Positions 28,920 to 38,770 of a DNA stretch of 64,000 nucleotides are shown here, one piece after another. The first letter of the stretch is position 1, and each line of letters starts with the position of its first letter. The translations under genes and the position numbers were made by a program. Below the pieces are notes generated by a model, which saw nothing but the letters and a program-made list of their open reading frames with translations, was not told the DNA's origin and ran no database searches. The stretch comes from Desulfatiglandales bacterium (GTDB lineage Bacteria > Desulfobacterota > DSM-4660 > Desulfatiglandales > Desulfatiglandaceae), in the NCBI GenBank assembly GCA_963662465.1, contig OY759599.1:7936001-8000000 (forward strand). The letters run 5' to 3'.

Positions 28920-29903
28920 TTATTTTAACGATGCCGCCAGGCGCTTTAAGCCTTCTTCAATGGAAATGGCGGGCCGGTATCCCAGCTCGTTTCGGGCTGC
29001 ACTCATGTCAAACCAGTGGGCCGTCGAAAGCTGTTTGGCCAGAAAACGCGTCATGGGCGGTTCCCGTTGAATCCTGAGTACGTCGTAGATCATTTCAAGG
29101 AGCTGGCCCGCCGCATATGCCAGATTGACGGGTACGGTGCGATCAATGGGCGCTAGGCCTGCCGCCCCTAGAATGCGGTCCATCAATTCGCCGATATCAA
29201 TGGGTTCCCCCTGGGATATGAAGTAGGCTTTCCCGGAAATGGGAGATCCCGCATGAAGCTTATCCCCTGCCAGGATGTGGGCATCCGCGGCATTGTCAAT
29301 GTAAATGCAGTCTACCCGATGGGGTTTTCTCCCGATTCTGGCAAGCCTGCCCGCTTTTCTTCGTTGAATTAATCGGGGGAGGAAGTTGGGGTCTCCCGGC
29401 CCCCAGATCAGATGGGGTCGAAGGACCACTGTGGCCAGGTCTTTGTCATTTGCGGAAAGTACTCTGCGTTCCGCCATGGCTTTGGTTTTGGGATAATGGG
29501 CCTGGTAAGTTTTCGGGTAGGGCGCTGATTCGTTTGCGCCTTCCATATTGCCCCCGGCAAAAACCACGCTGGGGGAACTCGTATAAACGAGTTTCGAAAC
29601 GTGGTTTTTTTTGCAGGCGTCAATAATGTTTTCGGTGCCGGTCACATTGGCTGCGTAATATGATTTGTAGGGTCCCCATATCCCCGGTTTGGCGGCCACG
29701 TGAAAAACCGTATCACACCCAGCTGCCGCCGATATAACGGCCTTTGAATCCGCCAGGTCGCCCCTTTGGACGTCGATGCCTAAATTGCGCAGTTCAGGAT
29801 AATCGCCCCGGGAGAAGCTGCGTACCTGGTCCCCACGGTTTACGAGCCGTTTGGCGATGGCTTTCCCCAGAAACCCCCCGCCGCCGGTTATAAGTGCTTT
29901 CAT
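28920..29903 (-). CDS. oleD: OleD-like NAD(P)H-dependent 2-alkyl-3-oxoalkanoate reductase (3beta-HSD family)
   Basis: GGGGFLG, HVAAKPGIWG, TSSPSVV, YPKTK, LRPHLIWGPGD; ATGA overlap with the oleC stop. Confidence 0.85.
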   Translation of the reverse strand: MKALITGGGGFLGKAIAKRLVNRGDQVRSFSRGDYPELRNLGIDVQRGDLADSKAVISAAAGCDTVFHVAAKPGIWGPYKSYYAANVTGTENIIDACKKNHVSKLVYTSSPSVVFAGGNMEGANESAPYPKTYQAHYPKTKAMAERRVLSANDKDLATVVLRPHLIWGPGDPNFLPRLIQRRKAGRLARIGRKPHRVDCIYIDNAADAHILAGDKLHAGSPISGKAYFISQGEPIDIGELMDRILGAAGLAPIDRTVPVNLAYAAGQLLEMIYDVLRIQREPPMTRFLAKQLSTAHWFDMSAARNELGYRPAISIEEGLKRLAASLK

Positions 29904-31585
29904 GTTTTTTTTTGCATCCTTTCCCCGGCTAGTTTCCGAGATGCCCAAACCCCGAGCCTGTCCCGGTAGATTTTGGCGTTATGTCGAATGTCGACGGGGA
30001 ACCCATCGTGAAACAGGATGGTTTTAATCTCTTTCGTATGGGGTCTCAGCGCTCCCAGTTCGAGCAGTTCCCGTCTAATGATGTTTTTGTCGGGATCCTT
30101 TAAATGTGCTTCCAGTTCGACACAGAGTACGGGGCACATGACCCCGCCGATGTTGATGCCTGTCAGGGCCGTCCGGAAAACTTTCGGATGGGTATTGAAT
30201 ACCCCTTCGCAGGCAATGGTAAAATGCGTTCCCGAAGGAGTCGCCACCCTGTGGGTTTTCCGTCCGAAAAACCATAGTCTTCCCGCATCGTCCATTGATC
30301 CCAAATCCCCCATGCGATGCCGGAAACCTTTCCCGTCTTTCTCATAAATTTTGGTCAGTCGGGTTGCATCCGCCTTCTTGTAGTAACTACGGGTGGCCAC
30401 GGGACCTTGAACGGCAATTTCCCCCACTTCGCCCACGGGAAGCGCGAGGGCGTCATCCCACCAGGGAATGGGATCATCGGTAATTGGAATAATGGAGACC
30501 CGCATGCCATCCACGGGTTTTCCCACGCAGACGCCCTTTCCCGCATCGGTAAGGCATCGTGTGTGATTGAGAATCTCGTGGCTGCCGATGGAGGATACGG
30601 GCATGGCTTCCGTGGCCCCGTAACCGGTGTGGACCTGGGCTTCGGGCGACAGCATGGTGCAGAAGCGTTCTAATACCACGGGCGGCATGGGGGCGCCCGC
30701 CGCGATGACCCGGCGGAGTGTCGGGAGTTTAACGCCGTGTTTTTGACCGTAACGTCCCACCCGGTCAATGAGGGCGGGGGAACCGAACATGTTGGTGATG
30801 CCGAAATCTTCTATGGCTTCTATGATTTTTCGAGGGTCCACATGGGCGGGGCGTGTGAAATCCATGTGGGGAATTACAATGGCCATGCCCAGGGCCGGTC
30901 CGAAAAGGGCGAAGAGGGGGAAGGTGGGCAGATCGATTTCACCGGGCTCGATGTGATAGGTGTTTCGAATGGATTCCACCTGGGCTGCGAAATTGCCGTG
31001 GGTATAGACGGCCCCTCTGGGTGGGCCGGTGCTGCCGCTGGTAAAGAGGATGGCCGCCGTTTCATCTTGTTGCGTTTGCGCCATGGGGCCCGGGGGAACG
31101 GATTTTCCTAAGCTTCTGACCTTGTCAAGGGTGATGCCTTTCCAGAGCAGGCGTTTTCCCACGGTAATTTGGATTCGAATGGTTTTTCGTCCCCACCCCA
31201 GGGCCACGCGGGCCATATGGGCTTGAGGGATGCCGATGAAGGCTTCGGGTTCCGCCTGTGCCAGGCAGTTTTTGAGGTTCCTGATGCCGATTCCGGGATC
31301 GATGAGTACCGGGACGGCGCCCACTTTAAAAAGGGCAAATGTCAAGGCAAAGAATTCAAGGCTGGGTTTGACCATGAGTACAGTCCTGATTCCCCGTTTA
31401 ACCCCCGCCCGGTCCAGGCCCCGTGCCATAAGATCGCTTTCACGGTCCAGCCGGCGAAAGGTGTAATGGGTATACCTGACCCTACCGTTTCCGTCGCGGC
31501 CCACGGGAAAGCTCACAGCCGCTTTGTAGGGTTGTTTTTCCGCCATTTCAGGGAGGTAGGCCGCGATGTTGATAAAATCAGACAT
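29900..31585 (-). CDS. oleC: OleC-like AMP-forming beta-lactone synthetase
   Basis: FTSGSTGPPRG, DLPTFPLFALF, FGSPAL, YGATEAMP, HRMGD, FPVDIRHNAKI. Confidence 0.85.
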   Translation of the reverse strand: MSDFINIAAYLPEMAEKQPYKAAVSFPVGRDGNGRVRYTHYTFRRLDRESDLMARGLDRAGVKRGIRTVLMVKPSLEFFALTFALFKVGAVPVLIDPGIGIRNLKNCLAQAEPEAFIGIPQAHMARVALGWGRKTIRIQITVGKRLLWKGITLDKVRSLGKSVPPGPMAQTQQDETAAILFTSGSTGPPRGAVYTHGNFAAQVESIRNTYHIEPGEIDLPTFPLFALFGPALGMAIVIPHMDFTRPAHVDPRKIIEAIEDFGITNMFGSPALIDRVGRYGQKHGVKLPTLRRVIAAGAPMPPVVLERFCTMLSPEAQVHTGYGATEAMPVSSIGSHEILNHTRCLTDAGKGVCVGKPVDGMRVSIIPITDDPIPWWDDALALPVGEVGEIAVQGPVATRSYYKKADATRLTKIYEKDGKGFRHRMGDLGSMDDAGRLWFFGRKTHRVATPSGTHFTIACEGVFNTHPKVFRTALTGINIGGVMCPVLCVELEAHLKDPDKNIIRRELLELGALRPHTKEIKTILFHDGFPVDIRHNAKIYRDRLGVWASRKLAGERMQKKT

Positions 31586-31590
31586 AACCG

Positions 31591-32607
31591 TTACCACCGC
31601 ACTTCCATCATGGTGCAGTTCAGACCGCTGCCGATGCCCATGAGGGCTACCCGGTCCCCCTGGTTGATACGACCTTCTTCAAGGGCCTTTGAAAGGGTGA
31701 TCGGAATGGCCGCCGGTCCCACATTGCCGTATTCGGGAAACGTTTTGAAAACCTTGTTGTCGTCCAGGTCGAGAAGCCCGGTCAGTTTCGCCGTGTGGAC
31801 GGCGCTTACCTGGTGAAGGATAAACTGATCCAGGTCGCCGGGGCGCCATTCCAGTTCATTTTCAGCCTTTTGAAAAGTGGCGGCCGCCAGTTCAAGTCCG
31901 GCTGTCAGGAGGCCGCCGGCATCGGTTTGCATGCTGTCCAGCTGTCCGCGGCAAAGGTCTCTATGTTGGGTTGCGGCCAGGCTGACGCTGCCAAGCAATC
32001 GATGGCCGCCGAGCGCCAGGTCCGAGCGTGCCAGCACCATGGCCGCCCCTCCCGAGCCGAGGGTGAAGGTGGCAAAATTGGCGCGAAAGGTCTCGACATC
32101 ACAGTTTGAAGCCAGAAGTCTTTGGATAGTGGTTTCCACCACAAAGCGGCTTCCTTCACCGTCCACTACGATGCCGTAGTCCACTTGTCCACGTTCGATC
32201 ATATTGCCGATGATTTCCATGCCGTTTAAAAATGCCAGACATGCATTGCCCACGTCAAAGTTCATACATTCGGGGCTGAGCCCCAGATTCCCATGTACCA
32301 GACAGGCTACCGATGGCTCAATATAGTCACGGCAGACAGAGGTGTTCACAAGAATGCCAAGTTGCGATCTGTCGATATCGGCGTTTAGAACGGCTTTTTC
32401 AGCCGCCATGGCGGCAGCTTCGCTGGGTTGGCGGCCCGGTTCCCAGAATCGCCTTGCCACAATCCCGGTAAGGGAATGGATGATGTCGGGTCGTGCATGA
32501 ATCCGCTTTATGATGGGTGAGAGCTGTTTTTCGAGTTCAGCGGAGGTAATACGGTGAGGCGCATCCACATGGGCTAGGCCGATGATGGATACATTTTGAA
32601 ATTTCAT
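31591..32607 (-). CDS. oleA: OleA-like thiolase-fold head-to-head condensing enzyme
   Basis: NTSVCRDYIEPS, DVGNACLAF, TLGSG, HQVS, GNVGPA, GIGSGLNC. Confidence 0.85.
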   Translation of the reverse strand: MKFQNVSIIGLAHVDAPHRITSAELEKQLSPIIKRIHARPDIIHSLTGIVARRFWEPGRQPSEAAAMAAEKAVLNADIDRSQLGILVNTSVCRDYIEPSVACLVHGNLGLSPECMNFDVGNACLAFLNGMEIIGNMIERGQVDYGIVVDGEGSRFVVETTIQRLLASNCDVETFRANFATFTLGSGGAAMVLARSDLALGGHRLLGSVSLAATQHRDLCRGQLDSMQTDAGGLLTAGLELAAATFQKAENELEWRPGDLDQFILHQVSAVHTAKLTGLLDLDDNKVFKTFPEYGNVGPAAIPITLSKALEEGRINQGDRVALMGIGSGLNCTMMEVRW

Positions 32608-32649
32608 GGGGTGAATCCTCTCGAAAAATGATATGGTTTTGTTTTTTCA

Positions 32650-32696
32650 CTTAAAACTTAAAACCGTGTCTGAACGAGGTTTTCGTTCAGACACTA
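32650..32696. repeat. Hairpin repeat element with CTTAAAA tail, copy 1
   Basis: (CTTAAAA)2-CC-GTGTCTGAACGA-ggttt-TCGTTCAGACAC-TA; contains the TAG stop of the RR-HDOD gene. Confidence 0.8.
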
Positions 32697-33950
32697 ATTA
32701 TAAAGGGGCAACTGCTTTTCTACCCTTTCTTTGATGTTGACAATTATGTCGGGCGTTATTTTCAGAAGACGGGTCGAATCCAAGTCCTCTAAATTTACAT
32801 CTGCTTGAATCGGTTGATTGTGGGTCATTGTTTTTGCTAAGGCATTGGCGAAATGAAGCACCAGCAGCTCCTTTGAGGGCGCATCCGTTTTTCCCGGATC
32901 ATCGTGGAGCAGGGCGCCTTCAATATATTCTTTCGAAAAATTCCAACTCTTGAGTGCTTTTGCGCCAATCATGTTGTGGTGTTTTTCGATGGATCTAAAC
33001 AAGCTTTCCGAGTCGATATTTCCACTCAGTTGATTCTTGGCTTCCAATTCCTCGCTCATTTGAAGGAGAAATATTTTTCCGATATCATGCAAGAGTCCGA
33101 TTGAGAAAGCATCGCTTTTCAGCTCCAGTTTGAGGGTGTCAACAACAACTTGGGCAGCTACGGCGCAGTAGAGAGAATGTTCCCATAATTCTTGCGCGAA
33201 TTGGGCATATTTTTTGTCGGCTGAAACAAAAAGTTTTCGGTTGCAGATGGCGTCCACATATTGCTTTGTCGAAACGAGTCCTAAGCGAGAGATGGCTTCG
33301 TCAACGGTCTTGGTTTTGGCAACGGCCCCATAGTAGGCTGAATTGGATACGCTCATGATTTTGGCGGTAATGGCCATATCCTGCTTGATGAGATTTCCAA
33401 TGACTTTGAAATCAAGACCTTTTTTGGCCATTTCATTCAATTTGATACTGATTTCCGGGAGAGAGGCCATCCTGATTTTTCCACTGGCCAATCTATTTAG
33501 AACGATTTCGACGGGATCAACCGCTTTTTGATCAGCTTTAGGATCTTTCAGAAGCTGGGATTTTAGTTTGCTCTTGGCAATTGCGTTGACGATGGTTTCG
33601 TTTTTGAATGGCTTGACGACAAAGGCGTTGCATCCGGCGGAAAAGGAAGTTCTGACGGTCCCTTCATCCGCATGAGCTGTTATGATCATGATGAATGCCG
33701 CTCTTTCCTTTGGAACCTCCATGTCTTTTTCCAACTTCCTGATTTCAAGCGCGACTTTCGTTCCATCCATATCCGGTAAAGCGATATCGATGGTTATCAA
33801 ATCAAAAGGATCTCTATGTTTCAGTGCGTTTCTGACCGCCCTTACGGCGGCATCTCCACGACGGAGCGCATGACATTCTGAAATATCCATGGGCAGTCCT
33901 TCCAGTGATTTGCTGGTAGTGGGGTCGTCGTCAACGATCAGAATTTTCAT
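32694..33950 (-). CDS. Response regulator receiver fused to an HDOD domain
   Basis: ILIVDDD, IDIALPDMDG, KPF; HDOD motifs SNSAYYG, LWEHS, GLLHDIGK. Confidence 0.9.
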   Translation of the reverse strand: MKILIVDDDPTTSKSLEGLPMDISECHALRRGDAAVRAVRNALKHRDPFDLITIDIALPDMDGTKVALEIRKLEKDMEVPKERAAFIMIITAHADEGTVRTSFSAGCNAFVVKPFKNETIVNAIAKSKLKSQLLKDPKADQKAVDPVEIVLNRLASGKIRMASLPEISIKLNEMAKKGLDFKVIGNLIKQDMAITAKIMSVSNSAYYGAVAKTKTVDEAISRLGLVSTKQYVDAICNRKLFVSADKKYAQFAQELWEHSLYCAVAAQVVVDTLKLELKSDAFSIGLLHDIGKIFLLQMSEELEAKNQLSGNIDSESLFRSIEKHHNMIGAKALKSWNFSKEYIEGALLHDDPGKTDAPSKELLVLHFANALAKTMTHNQPIQADVNLEDLDSTRLLKITPDIIVNIKERVEKQLPLYN

Positions 33951-34237
33951 AGTGCCTTTGTTTCCTTTTTATGAATTTCGATATTTCCCAACGGTTCTTT
34001 GGTATTCATAAAATATGCGCGTTTTTTGGTCAAGGATTTAGATGGATGGTGGCCGCTAAATATTTCTCTGATGGTGTTATGAATGTTCAAACAGAACAAA
34101 TTCATCCTGTTTGGCGAGTCTGTCGTCTTGCGAAAGGGCGCGACAGTTGTTATAAGTATGGACAATATCAAATTCTTTCCACTTGAAAACATCGAGGCAG
34201 TCCTGAGATGGGGAAAGCAGCGAAAAGGAGATAACAA

Positions 34238-35008
34238 ATGCTTAAGATAGAGGATTTACAGGTTAAACTGGGGGAAAAGGAGATCTTGAAACATATTGAT
34301 CTCGAAATCCATCCGGGTGAAACCCACATCCTTTTTGGTCCCAACGGGAGCGGTAAAACGTCGTTGTTGATGACCATTATGGGATATCCCCAGTACGAGG
34401 TGGTTTCCGGGACAATCATGTTCAAGGGGGAGGATATTACCCATGCGCCCATTGATGAGCGGGCAAAACTGGGAATCGGCATGAGTTACCAGCGGCCCCC
34501 CACCATCAATGGCCTCAAAACCCGGCAGATGGTGCATTTATGCGCCGGTGAGGAAATCGATGAGGCGGCCTTGGCAAGGCGCGTCAATTTTGAGGACTTT
34601 CTGGATCGGGACGTGAATGCGGGTTTTTCCGGCGGTGAAATCAAGCGATCGGAATTGCTGCAGCTGATGGCGCAAAAACCGGATCTGATGCTGTTTGACG
34701 AACCTGAGTCCGGGGTTGATATGGAAAACATCACCCTTGTGGGCAATACCATTGCCGAGCTTTTGGAGAAGCGCGTGCATCCCTCCAAGGACAGATCAAA
34801 AATGCAGGCCAAAGCTGACAGAACCAAAATGGGCCTGATTATTACCCATACGGGATTTATCCTGGATTATGTCTCGGCCGACAAAGGGCAGGTACTCTAC
34901 AACGGGAAGCTCAGTTGCGTGAGCAACCCCAGGGAAATTTTGAATTGCGTGGGCGACACCGGATATGAGGAGTGTGTAAGATGCATATCGATGAACAATT
35001 TCAAGTAA
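34238..35008 (+). CDS. sufC: Fe-S assembly ABC ATPase SufC (SmsC-like)
   Basis: GPNGSGKT, FSGGEIKR, FDEPESGVD, IITHTG, C-terminal GYEECVRC. Confidence 0.9.
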   Translation: MLKIEDLQVKLGEKEILKHIDLEIHPGETHILFGPNGSGKTSLLMTIMGYPQYEVVSGTIMFKGEDITHAPIDERAKLGIGMSYQRPPTINGLKTRQMVHLCAGEEIDEAALARRVNFEDFLDRDVNAGFSGGEIKRSELLQLMAQKPDLMLFDEPESGVDMENITLVGNTIAELLEKRVHPSKDRSKMQAKADRTKMGLIITHTGFILDYVSADKGQVLYNGKLSCVSNPREILNCVGDTGYEECVRCISMNNFK

Positions 35009-36207
35009 AAGCGAAAGCGGCAATCGACAAAAAGGGCGCCATAGGGCCGGATGTGGATTTTAGCGCATTTGACGCAACGCCGTCGCCTCTTGTGGAAATG
35101 GCGGATACGGATCTTCGCAATCTGCCTCGGGAAGAACGGGAACAGTTGCTCATGACGGGGTTGGATGTGACGGAAAAGGAAAGAGGGGGAACCTTTCTGC
35201 AGATGAACGACCATGCCGTCCATTGCCACAGTTCCCAGGAAGGCATTGAAGTGCTTTCCATTCAAAAAGCGTTGGCGGAGCATGATTGGATTCGCGACTA
35301 TTACTGGAAGCTGGCGGACGTGGGTGCGGATAAATATACGGCGGCGACCGAGTTGGGTCTGCATGACGGGTACGTTATCCGGTCCCTTCCCGGAAGCAAA
35401 TCGGTCTACCCCATTCAGGCCTGCCTTTATATGCACAAAGAGGGCATGCAGCAGAACGTCCACAACATCATTGTCGCGGAAGAAGATTCCGAACTTCACA
35501 TCATATCGGGGTGCGCCACGGCGCCTCATCTTAAACGGGGTCTTCATGTGGGGATCTCGGAATTTTTTGTAAAGAAAAACGCCAAACTGACCTTTACCAT
35601 GATTCACAACTGGGCGGAAGAAGTGGTGGTTCGCCCCCGGTCCGCGGCAAGGGTGGAAGAGGGCGGCCTTTTCGTTAACAACTATATTTCCATGAAACCG
35701 GTTCGAAGCGTGCAAATGTATCCCACAACCCACCTGGTGGGTGAAAACGCAGTGGCGCGTTTTTACAGTATCGTGGTGGGAAGCCCGGGATCCGAATACG
35801 ATTTGGGGGGGCGGATTTTCTTGAAAGCGAAAGGAAATCGGGCTGAAATCGTTGCCAGGGCCATCAGCAATGGCGGAAAAATTATCGCAAGGGGGCACCT
35901 GATCGGAGAAGTCGCGGATATCAAGGCGCATCTGGAATGCAAGGGGTTGTTGCTGAATGGCGGCCTGATTCATGCCATCCCGGAGCTGGAAGGGCATGTG
36001 GACGGGGTGGAAATGAGTCATGAGGCGGCTGTGGGAAAAATCGCCCAGGAGGAAATCAGCTACCTCATGAGCCGGGGGCTCAATGAGGAAGAGGCGACCT
36101 CCACCATTGTTCGAGGGTTTTTGAGTGTCGATATTCCCGGGCTTCCCCCCCAACTGCAGGCTGAGATCGACCGGGCCATCGAAGAGAGCGACAAAGACGT
36201 TATGTAA
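34981..36207 (+). CDS. sufB: SufB/SufD-family Fe-S scaffold (SmsB-like)
   Basis: HNIIVAEE.SELHII.GC, HLECKGL, IPEL, SHEAAVGKI, YLMSRGL. Confidence 0.88.
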   Translation: MHIDEQFQVKAKAAIDKKGAIGPDVDFSAFDATPSPLVEMADTDLRNLPREEREQLLMTGLDVTEKERGGTFLQMNDHAVHCHSSQEGIEVLSIQKALAEHDWIRDYYWKLADVGADKYTAATELGLHDGYVIRSLPGSKSVYPIQACLYMHKEGMQQNVHNIIVAEEDSELHIISGCATAPHLKRGLHVGISEFFVKKNAKLTFTMIHNWAEEVVVRPRSAARVEEGGLFVNNYISMKPVRSVQMYPTTHLVGENAVARFYSIVVGSPGSEYDLGGRIFLKAKGNRAEIVARAISNGGKIIARGHLIGEVADIKAHLECKGLLLNGGLIHAIPELEGHVDGVEMSHEAAVGKIAQEEISYLMSRGLNEEEATSTIVRGFLSVDIPGLPPQLQAEIDRAIEESDKDVM

Positions 36208-36242
36208 GCTTCCTGGGTTTCTTTGGATTTTTGCCGATTCAG

Positions 36243-36292
36243 AAAAAGAGGGGGGTGGCTCTATCGGGGTCTCTCCCCCCTTTGTTTTTTTT
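36243..36292 (+). terminator. Probable rho-independent terminator after sufB
   Basis: GAGGGGGG...CCCCCCTT stem followed by a T-run and preceded by an A-run. Confidence 0.55.
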
Positions 36293-36370
36293 CTGCCCCT
36301 TTCTCCCTGCGAATGATATCCTTATGGTAATAATGTAATAGGGAAAAATATTGCATTACCAATATGACGT

Positions 36371-37021
36371 ATGGTATTGGAGGTAATGGATATGCTCTCT
36401 TGGAATGGCGGAAAACATGAGGTGTTAACTGTGGTAGAGGACAAACATGTGGGTCCGGAAAACGGCGTCTCCGCGCCCTCGTTGTCGGAGCTAAGGGGCA
36501 AACAATCGGTGCGGGCAACCTTTAAGCTGAGCGGAAGGGCCATTGAGGCCATCAGTGTGGCGGCTGCCCATATGGGGATTAAGCAGAAGTCCCTTTTTGA
36601 TCATCTGATAGATGATGCAAAATCCCTGGCGGTGGTCGCCCGTGAAGTTGAATCCAAGCGTTTTTTGAGGTTGAAGCGGGTTCAGAAAACTTTCGTTTTG
36701 AGTCGACGGACACTCTGCAGTCTGGAGGAAGTTTCAAAGGATTCCAATACTCCGAGGGATGCCCTGGTGGAATACTCCATTGCCAGGCTTTTGCCGGTGA
36801 TTGAGGAGGAGCGGAAAAAACATGAAAAAAGAAAGGAAATCCTGGTGGAGATTGGAAAGTACCTTGAACAGGGCGAGGGAATTTCGAAAAAGGTCGAGAA
36901 AGTGCTGGGAGAAGAGGATATGCTTAGCGAAAAACTAAAAGCGGCCATTTTGAATTTGCGCGGCGCTTGCGAGGGGATGGCGGCATTTGTGGAAAAAGGA
37001 AAGGTCATCGAACAGTTTTAG
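36371..37021 (+). CDS. Hypothetical protein with two tandem ribbon-helix-helix-like units and a coiled-coil tail
   Basis: VRATFKLS-helix-helix and VQKTFVLS-helix-helix; start may be the downstream ATG. Confidence 0.7.
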   Translation: MVLEVMDMLSWNGGKHEVLTVVEDKHVGPENGVSAPSLSELRGKQSVRATFKLSGRAIEAISVAAAHMGIKQKSLFDHLIDDAKSLAVVAREVESKRFLRLKRVQKTFVLSRRTLCSLEEVSKDSNTPRDALVEYSIARLLPVIEEERKKHEKRKEILVEIGKYLEQGEGISKKVEKVLGEEDMLSEKLKAAILNLRGACEGMAAFVEKGKVIEQF

Positions 37022-37201
37022 AAAATTGGGTGCGGCAATTCTTATTTTGGGATGATCTCCCTTGGGAAGTTGAAAATGCCATGAAACTCTGATAAGGATA
37101 GGTCGGAAATGAGTGGAAAGGTTCATGGGACCATTTCCAAATGTGGGCTGGTTTGAAAAAAAACCAGAATTCGAGAATCGCAGGTTGGGGGATGGACAGT
37201 T

Positions 37202-38680
37202 ATGCCGGATGATATCCAGGAAGAGATTGCGGAAGAAGTGGTTGAAACGCAATCGGAAGAAGAGAGCTTTGCCGATCTGTTTGAGGCATATGACAGCAAA
37301 TTGAATGAAGACGTTCGGGTCGGGGATAAAATCAGCGGGGAGATTATTTCCATCGGTAGAGACTCTGTATTCGTGGACACCGGAACAAGGATTGACGGGG
37401 TCGTGGAAAGGGCTGAACTGCTGGATGAAGAAGGCGGGCTTCCGTATCAGGTGGGGGACGTCCTGGAACTCTACGCCGTATCCGTCAGGGCGGGGGAGAT
37501 CCGACTTTCAAAGGCCGTGACCGGCGGCGGCGGTGGTTTTGAGCTATTGCAGGATGCCCATGAAGAAGCGATTCCGGTTGAAGGCAAGGTAAGCGCTCTG
37601 AACAAAGGCGGGTTTGAGGTATTGCTGGGGCAGAAAAGGGCATTTTGTCCCATTAGCCAGATGGACCTTCATTACGTGGAAAAACCCGAGGATTATGTGG
37701 GGGAAACCTTTGAATTCCTTATCACGGATTTTGAAGAAGACGGTCGCAACATCGTGGTTTCGAGGCGAAAGTTGTTGGACAAGGCCGTGGCAAAGGCGCG
37801 GGAAAGTTTTTATGAAGATTTTGGGGTTGGCGATGAGATGAAGGGCAGGGTGACCAAGCTGATGCCCTTTGGCGTTTTTGTGGAACTTGTCCCGGGAGTG
37901 GAAGGCCTGGTTCATATTTCCGAGTTGGGTTGGTCGCGGGTGGAAAATCCTGCCGATGTTCTCAAGGTCGGCGATGATGTACAGGTTAAAGTGGTGGGTA
38001 TGTCGCTGGGTGAAAAGCCGGGGCAGATGAAGATCTCTCTTTCCATCAAGCAAACCGTTGCGGACCCCTGGGATACGGTCTCACAACGGTTTAAAGAGGG
38101 CGAAGTGGTGGAAGGGACGGTGACCCGTTGCATGCAATTCGGGGTTTTTGTGGAGATCGAAGCGGGTATTGAGGGACTGGTTCACATCAGCGAAATGAGT
38201 TATCTGAAGCGCATCTTGAAATGCGAAGACGTGGTGGCGCCCGGCGACAGGGTTCAGGTGGCAATCAAGGAAATTGACGAATCCCGAAAGCGGATTTCCC
38301 TGAGCATGCGGGATGTGGAAGGCGACCCCTGGGCGGGGATTGCGCGGAAGTACCAGGTGGGGCAGGCGGTGGAAGTTATTGTGGAGAAGCATGAAAAGTT
38401 CGGGATATTCGTCTCTCTTGAACCGGGTGTTTCAGCGTTGTTGCCCAAATCGAGGATCCGGGCTTCGTCCGAATCGGGCCGGATTGAAAAATCGAAGCCG
38501 GGGGATGTTATTCCCGTCCTGATTGAAAGGGTCGACGTGAACGAACGGAAAATTTCCGTGGGTCCCGGGGATGCGGGGGATGAAGGGGATTGGCGTAGTT
38601 TTGTTCCCGCCAGAAGCGAAACCATGAGTTCCCTGGGCGAGAAACTGAAACAGGCCCTTGCGGCAAAGGGGAAGGGATAA
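37202..38680 (+). CDS. rpsA: 30S ribosomal protein S1 family protein (5 S1 domains, probable paralog)
   Basis: Repeated FGVFVE...EGLVHISE; AFCPISQMD; C-terminal SLGEKLKQAL. Confidence 0.85.
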   Translation: MPDDIQEEIAEEVVETQSEEESFADLFEAYDSKLNEDVRVGDKISGEIISIGRDSVFVDTGTRIDGVVERAELLDEEGGLPYQVGDVLELYAVSVRAGEIRLSKAVTGGGGGFELLQDAHEEAIPVEGKVSALNKGGFEVLLGQKRAFCPISQMDLHYVEKPEDYVGETFEFLITDFEEDGRNIVVSRRKLLDKAVAKARESFYEDFGVGDEMKGRVTKLMPFGVFVELVPGVEGLVHISELGWSRVENPADVLKVGDDVQVKVVGMSLGEKPGQMKISLSIKQTVADPWDTVSQRFKEGEVVEGTVTRCMQFGVFVEIEAGIEGLVHISEMSYLKRILKCEDVVAPGDRVQVAIKEIDESRKRISLSMRDVEGDPWAGIARKYQVGQAVEVIVEKHEKFGIFVSLEPGVSALLPKSRIRASSESGRIEKSKPGDVIPVLIERVDVNERKISVGPGDAGDEGDWRSFVPARSETMSSLGEKLKQALAAKGKG

Positions 38681-38770
38681 GGCCCATCTCGAAAAAGGGC
38701 GCAATGGTTTGCGCGGAAAATCACTAACCCGTTTTAGGGCCTGAAATGGGCCTTTTGAAAGGAGCTTGAA

